From contig NW_021835719.1 of the NCBI RefSeq assembly GCF_006345805.1, positions 1 to 39,022 of the forward strand: a DNA stretch of 39,022 nucleotides, given 5' to 3'. The stretch is from Octopus sinensis. Its lineage: Eukaryota. The notes under the pieces are model-generated. The model ran no database searches, was not told the DNA's origin, and saw nothing but the letters and a program-made list of their open reading frames with translations. Position numbers and translations under genes: made by a program. Positions 34,644 through 39,022 of the stretch are shown piece after piece; position 1 is the first letter of the stretch; each line of letters begins with the position of its first letter.

Positions 34644-34874
34644 CTGTTGTTTGTTCCTTCTTGAGCCATGCCTGGCTCATAAGGGCCGGTTTCCCAGCTT
34701 AATTGGTAAATGGGTTCCCCACCTGGACTGGACGCCGGTCCATCGCAGGTGAGCTGCAAGATGCAGGAGGAAAGGGTGAGAGAAAGTTGTGGTGAAAGGG
34801 TTAGCAGAGGCTCACCATTACCTTCTGCTGGAGCCAAGTGGAACTTAGACGTTTCGCTCATAAACACAAACATC
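34644..34874 (-). mobile_element. Headless, diverged SINE with family B body and the alternative 3' module
   Basis: Minus strand ...CACCACAACTTTCTCTCAC...CCTGCGATGGACCGGCGTCCAGTCCAGG..., as in 27030-27335. Confidence 0.7.
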
Positions 34875-35519
34875 ACTAAATAGCCTACACATGCAGTGAC
34901 ACCTTGGGATTAAAAGAGCTACATTGTCTCTCTTGTTCACCAGGTACATTGTAGCAATCTCCTGTATAGCCTTCAAAGTGTGATGTGATGTAGTGGTGTA
35001 TGTATGTATGTTGTTATTCAGTTTTATTTCAATAGAGAAAGAACTGGTTTCTAACCTAGATCCAAGGTTTCTTACCTGGAAGTCCAACATCAACAAGAGG
35101 GTATTTTTGTATGTATGTATATGTGCAGATTTGTATGTTTTGCCTTATGTATATATTCTCATGCATATAGTTGCATATCTAGACATGCTCCTATATTTAT
35201 CTAAATGATAAACTTCTGGAAAGTCTTACAGATTTTTACAGTTCCATTGATGGATTTGATTTGTAGTCTTTGAATCAGCTTTCTCCTTTCTTGTTTTGAG
35301 AAGCCTAATTTCTCATGTATACCAAATACACACACACACACATGCTCTGGTAAGGTTTTCCCCGCTTTTTCCAAACTCACATTGATATAGACATGCATGT
35401 GTGTGTCTGTGTGTGTGTGTGTGTATGCATATGTATACACACACACACAAACACACATATCTTGTATTTTCTACTTGTGTCAGTCATTGGACAGAGTATA
35501 TATGAATATACATACATAC

Positions 35520-35553
<34 letters not shown>

Positions 35554-35569
35554 CATACAGATTTGCAGA

Positions 35570-35715
35570 ACATATATAGATGGACACATGGATAGATGAG
35601 CAATAGATACACACACAGATAGAGAGATAAAGAGATAGAGAGAGAGAAAGACTGATTAACTGACAGACAGATAGATAGATATATAGATAGATTGACCAAG
35701 AGACAGACAGACTGC

Positions 35716-35805
<90 letters not shown>

Positions 35806-36260
35806 GATAGATAGACATATAGATAGATGGATGGATAGATAGATAGATAGATAGATAGATAAACAGATAGATAGATAGATACATAGATAAATAGATTACA
35901 GGTAAATAGGTAGACAGAGAGATAGAAAGACAGACAGATAGATAGATTGACAGAGAGATGGACAGATAGGTAAAGTACATAGAGAGAGATGCATAGATAG
36001 ATAAACAGAGAGACAGATAGATTGATAGATAGACAGTGATATATAGATAGATACATAGATAAATAGATTACAGGTAAATAGGTAGACAGAGAGATAGAAA
36101 GACAGACAGATAGATAGATTGACAGAGAGATGGACAGATAGGTAAAGTACATAGAGAGAGATGCATAGATAGATAAACAGAGAGACAGATAGATTGATAT
36201 ATAGATAGATAGATAGATAAATAGATTACAGGTAAATAGTTAGACAGTCAGATAGACAGA
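35570..36260. repeat. (GATA)n/(GACA)n tract with a ~160-175-bp higher-order repeat
   Basis: ATAGATTACAGGTAAATAG recurs near 35891, 36064 and 36221. Confidence 0.9.
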
Positions 36261-36532
36261 CTGACAATCCAACTGAGTGTCTCATCTCCAAATAAGGCCA
36301 AACATTCAGGAATCCCTAATTTAATATGTGGCACCATTTTTTTTCAAGACTTTGAGATTAAAGGATTCTTATTGCATAATTTCTGTTAATTATCTCATGG
36401 AGAGTAAATTACAACAGCAAAATGTGTGTGTGTGTATGTGTGCTTGCGTGTGCATGCGCTTGTGTTTGTGGGTGTGTGTTTGTGCATAGCGTGCGTGCAT
36501 ACACGTGTGTGTATATGTATAGTTATATGTAT

Positions 36533-36917
36533 GGAGGCGCAATGGCCCACTGGTTAGGGCAGTGGACTCGCGGTCGTAGGATTGCGGTTTCGATTCCCAG
36601 ACCGGGCGTTGTGAGTGTTTATTGAGTGAAAACACCTAAAGCTCCACGAGGCTCCGGCAGGGGATGGTGGCGATACCTGCTGTACTCTTTCACCACAACT
36701 TTCTCTCACTCTTACTTCCTGTTTCTGTTGTACCTGTATTTCAAGGGGCCGGCCTTGTCACTCACTGTGTCACGCTGAATATCCCCGAGAACTACGTTAA
36801 GGGTACACGTGTCTGTGGAGTGCTCAGGCACTTGCACGTTAATTTCACGAGCAGGCTGTTCCGTTGATTCGGATCAACCGGAACCCTCATCGTCGTAACC
36901 GACGGAGTGCTTCCAAA
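36533..36917 (+). mobile_element. SINE family B, full length, with 12-bp TSD
   Basis: TSD AGTTATATGTAT at 36521-36532 and 36918-36929. Confidence 0.92.
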
Positions 36918-36971
36918 AGTTATATGTATACGTATTCTGTTACCGATTCCTACATACAGTTATTCAACTCT

Positions 36972-37332
36972 GGCCATGCTGGGGCACCGCCTTCAAGGGT
37001 TTTAGTCAAACAAATCGACCCCCAGGGCTTATTCTTTGTAAGTCTAGTACTTATTCTATCGGTCTTTCTTTTGCTGAACCACTAAGTTACGGGGATGTAA
37101 ACACACCAACATTGGTTTTCAAGTGATGTTGGGGGGACAAACGCAGACACACATATATATACATATATACAACGGTCTTCTTTCAGTTTCCGTCTACCAA
37201 ATCCCCTTACAAAGCTTTGGTCAGCCCCGGGCTATAGTAAAAGACACTTGCCCAAGGTACCATGCAGTGGGACTGAACCTTGAACCATGTGGTTGGTAAG
37301 CAAGCTACTTATCACACAGCCACTCCTGCACC
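36972..37332 (-). mobile_element. SINE family A
   Basis: Reverse complement of the family A sequence seen at 2656-3126. Confidence 0.88.
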
Positions 37333-37455
37333 TTATTATTAATATTAGGAAATCGATATCAGAAAACTCCTTAGAAAGATATAAAAGTATGAAAAATAAT
37401 TGTTGTATTAAAAATTTTAAATAAATAAATAAATATATATATATATATATATATA

Positions 37456-37869
37456 GGCGAGGAGAGGCTGTGTGGTAAGTAGCTGCTAACCAACCACATG
37501 GTTCCGGGTCAGTCCCACTGCGTGGTATCTTGGGCAAGTGTCTTCTGCTATAGCCCCGGGCCGACCAATGCCTTGTGAGTGGATTTGGTAAGACGGAAAA
37601 CTGAAAGAAGCCCGTCGTATATATGTATATATATAATATGTGTGTGTGTGTGCGTGTATGTTTGTGTGTCGTGTTTGTCCCCTAGCATTGCTTGACAACG
37701 ATGCTGGTGTGTTTACGTCCCCGTTACTTAGCGGTTCGGAAAAGAACAATAGAATAAGTACTGGCTTCAAAGAAGAAGAATAAGTCCCGGGGTCGATTGT
37801 TCGATTAAAGGCGGTGCTCCAGCATGGCCGCAGTCAAATGACTGAAACAAGTAAAAGAGTAAAAGAGTA
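37456..37869 (+). mobile_element. SINE family A, full length
   Basis: Head, internal microsatellite and 3' half all present. Confidence 0.9.
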
Positions 37870-37950
37870 TAGAAATATATGTAAATATGTATAAGTATAA
37901 ATATATATTGTATATGACAATTTAAAAGTTTTGAAACAAGTATTTAAAGC

Positions 37951-38040
37951 ATCTTACAATCGTTTCGCAGAAGTGTTGTCCCTATAATGAAATCCTGTAT
38001 TGAAAAGCATTTATAGACAACTCTTCTGCTCTTCAGAGAT
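37951..38040 (-). ncRNA. Type-I hammerhead ribozyme motif with canonical core and elongated stem II
   Basis: AUCU-CUGAAGA-GCAGAAG-A-GUUGUC-UAUAAAUG-(18 nt)-CAUUAUA-GG-GACAAC-A-CUUCUGC-GAAA-CGAUUG-UA-AGAU. Confidence 0.8.
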
Positions 38041-38057
38041 ATAAAATTTGAATTTTG

Positions 38058-38174
38058 TCTAATTTTAGAACAACATTGTAGAGTTGGTGTGAGAGGTTAG
38101 ATCAGGCCAGATTGAACATAAAACAGGGGTCGTATTTTGGCCGAATAATGGCAGTTTAAATGGTAAAGGATTAA
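38058..38174 (+). mobile_element. Probable right end of a TTAA-type MITE
   Basis: Ends TTTAAATGGTAAAGGA|TTAA and resembles an octopus repeat recalled from memory. No left end found. Confidence 0.3.
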
Positions 38175-38495
38175 AAGGATCTCCCTTAGACAAAACACTA
38201 CAGCTACAAACAACCATTAATAACACAAGCATACATTAAGATTGTGATATTGATAACAAACACATACACAAACACACACACACACACACACACACATGTA
38301 TAGAAGGGTATACGTCAGTGTGTGTGGGTGGCTGTAGTTAGCTATTAACAATATAAACAACAATTATTTGTCATAGACATGTGACAAATACACATATTAT
38401 ATACATACACACCCACAAATATATATACATACATACATGCATGTATATTTGTATGCATATTTATATATGTATAGTTGTATTTGTATATATATATA

Positions 38496-38527
<32 letters not shown>

Positions 38528-38621
38528 ATAAATGCATATATACACATATAAATATATACACACATAGCAAAATATATAAATGTATATATACATATGCGTA
38601 CATATTTATATATGTGTGTGC

Positions 38622-38652
<31 letters not shown>

Positions 38653-39022
38653 AATGCATATATACACATAAATATATACACACATAGCAAAATATATAAA
38701 TGTATATATACATATACGTAGATATTTATATATATATATAATATATATATATAATATATATATATATAATAATTTTATATATATATATATAATTTTTATA
38801 TATATATATATATATTATTATATATATACATCATCATCATTTATATGGACAAACACACACATATACATACATATTTATATATATATGTATACATATTTGT
38901 GTGTGTAATATATATATGATGTATGATTCTATGCTATGCATGTATGTATACACACAGGCATAATTCTTCACAAAAGGTCTACATAGAATCTAGAAATACA
39001 ATGACAGAATTGAATGTACCAA

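Noticed and set aside
1-39022. The many ORFs rich in Y/I/H/T/C/V/M in the six-frame track
   Set aside because: They are translations of (TA)n, (CA)n, (TG)n and (GATA)n repeats, which lack stops in several frames. No domain signal.

Overview
AT-rich, microsatellite-saturated, repeat-dominated animal genomic DNA. The SINE families and extreme (TA)n/(CA)n/(GATA)n content suggest an octopus (inference from recalled repeat families, not a search result). No intact protein-coding gene can be supported. Nearly all ORFs in the track are translated microsatellites, and the only recognisable protein fragments are decayed transposon proteins: mariner transposase, R4/Dong-type restriction-like endonuclease, and the C-termini of RTE and CR1 ORF2. 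Main points: (1) A 9.6-kb array of ~32 x ~303-bp monomers (14967-24605) is continuous with a unique body and an RTE-type 3' tail. The whole 10.7-kb unit is bracketed by (TA)n, and short monomers recur every third unit. (2) Three well-formed type-I hammerhead ribozyme motifs of different design (26609-26648, 27523-27557, 37951-38040), plus one degenerate motif. Two share a non-canonical CCGANGA core, one has a long stem II, and one sits in an inverted repeat that could switch it off. (3) A nested series: SINE inside a piggyBac-type element inside a mariner, next to an R4/Dong copy at a (TAA)n tract. (4) At least three tRNA-headed SINE families, one with exchanged 3' modules, and a head-to-head inverted SINE pair.
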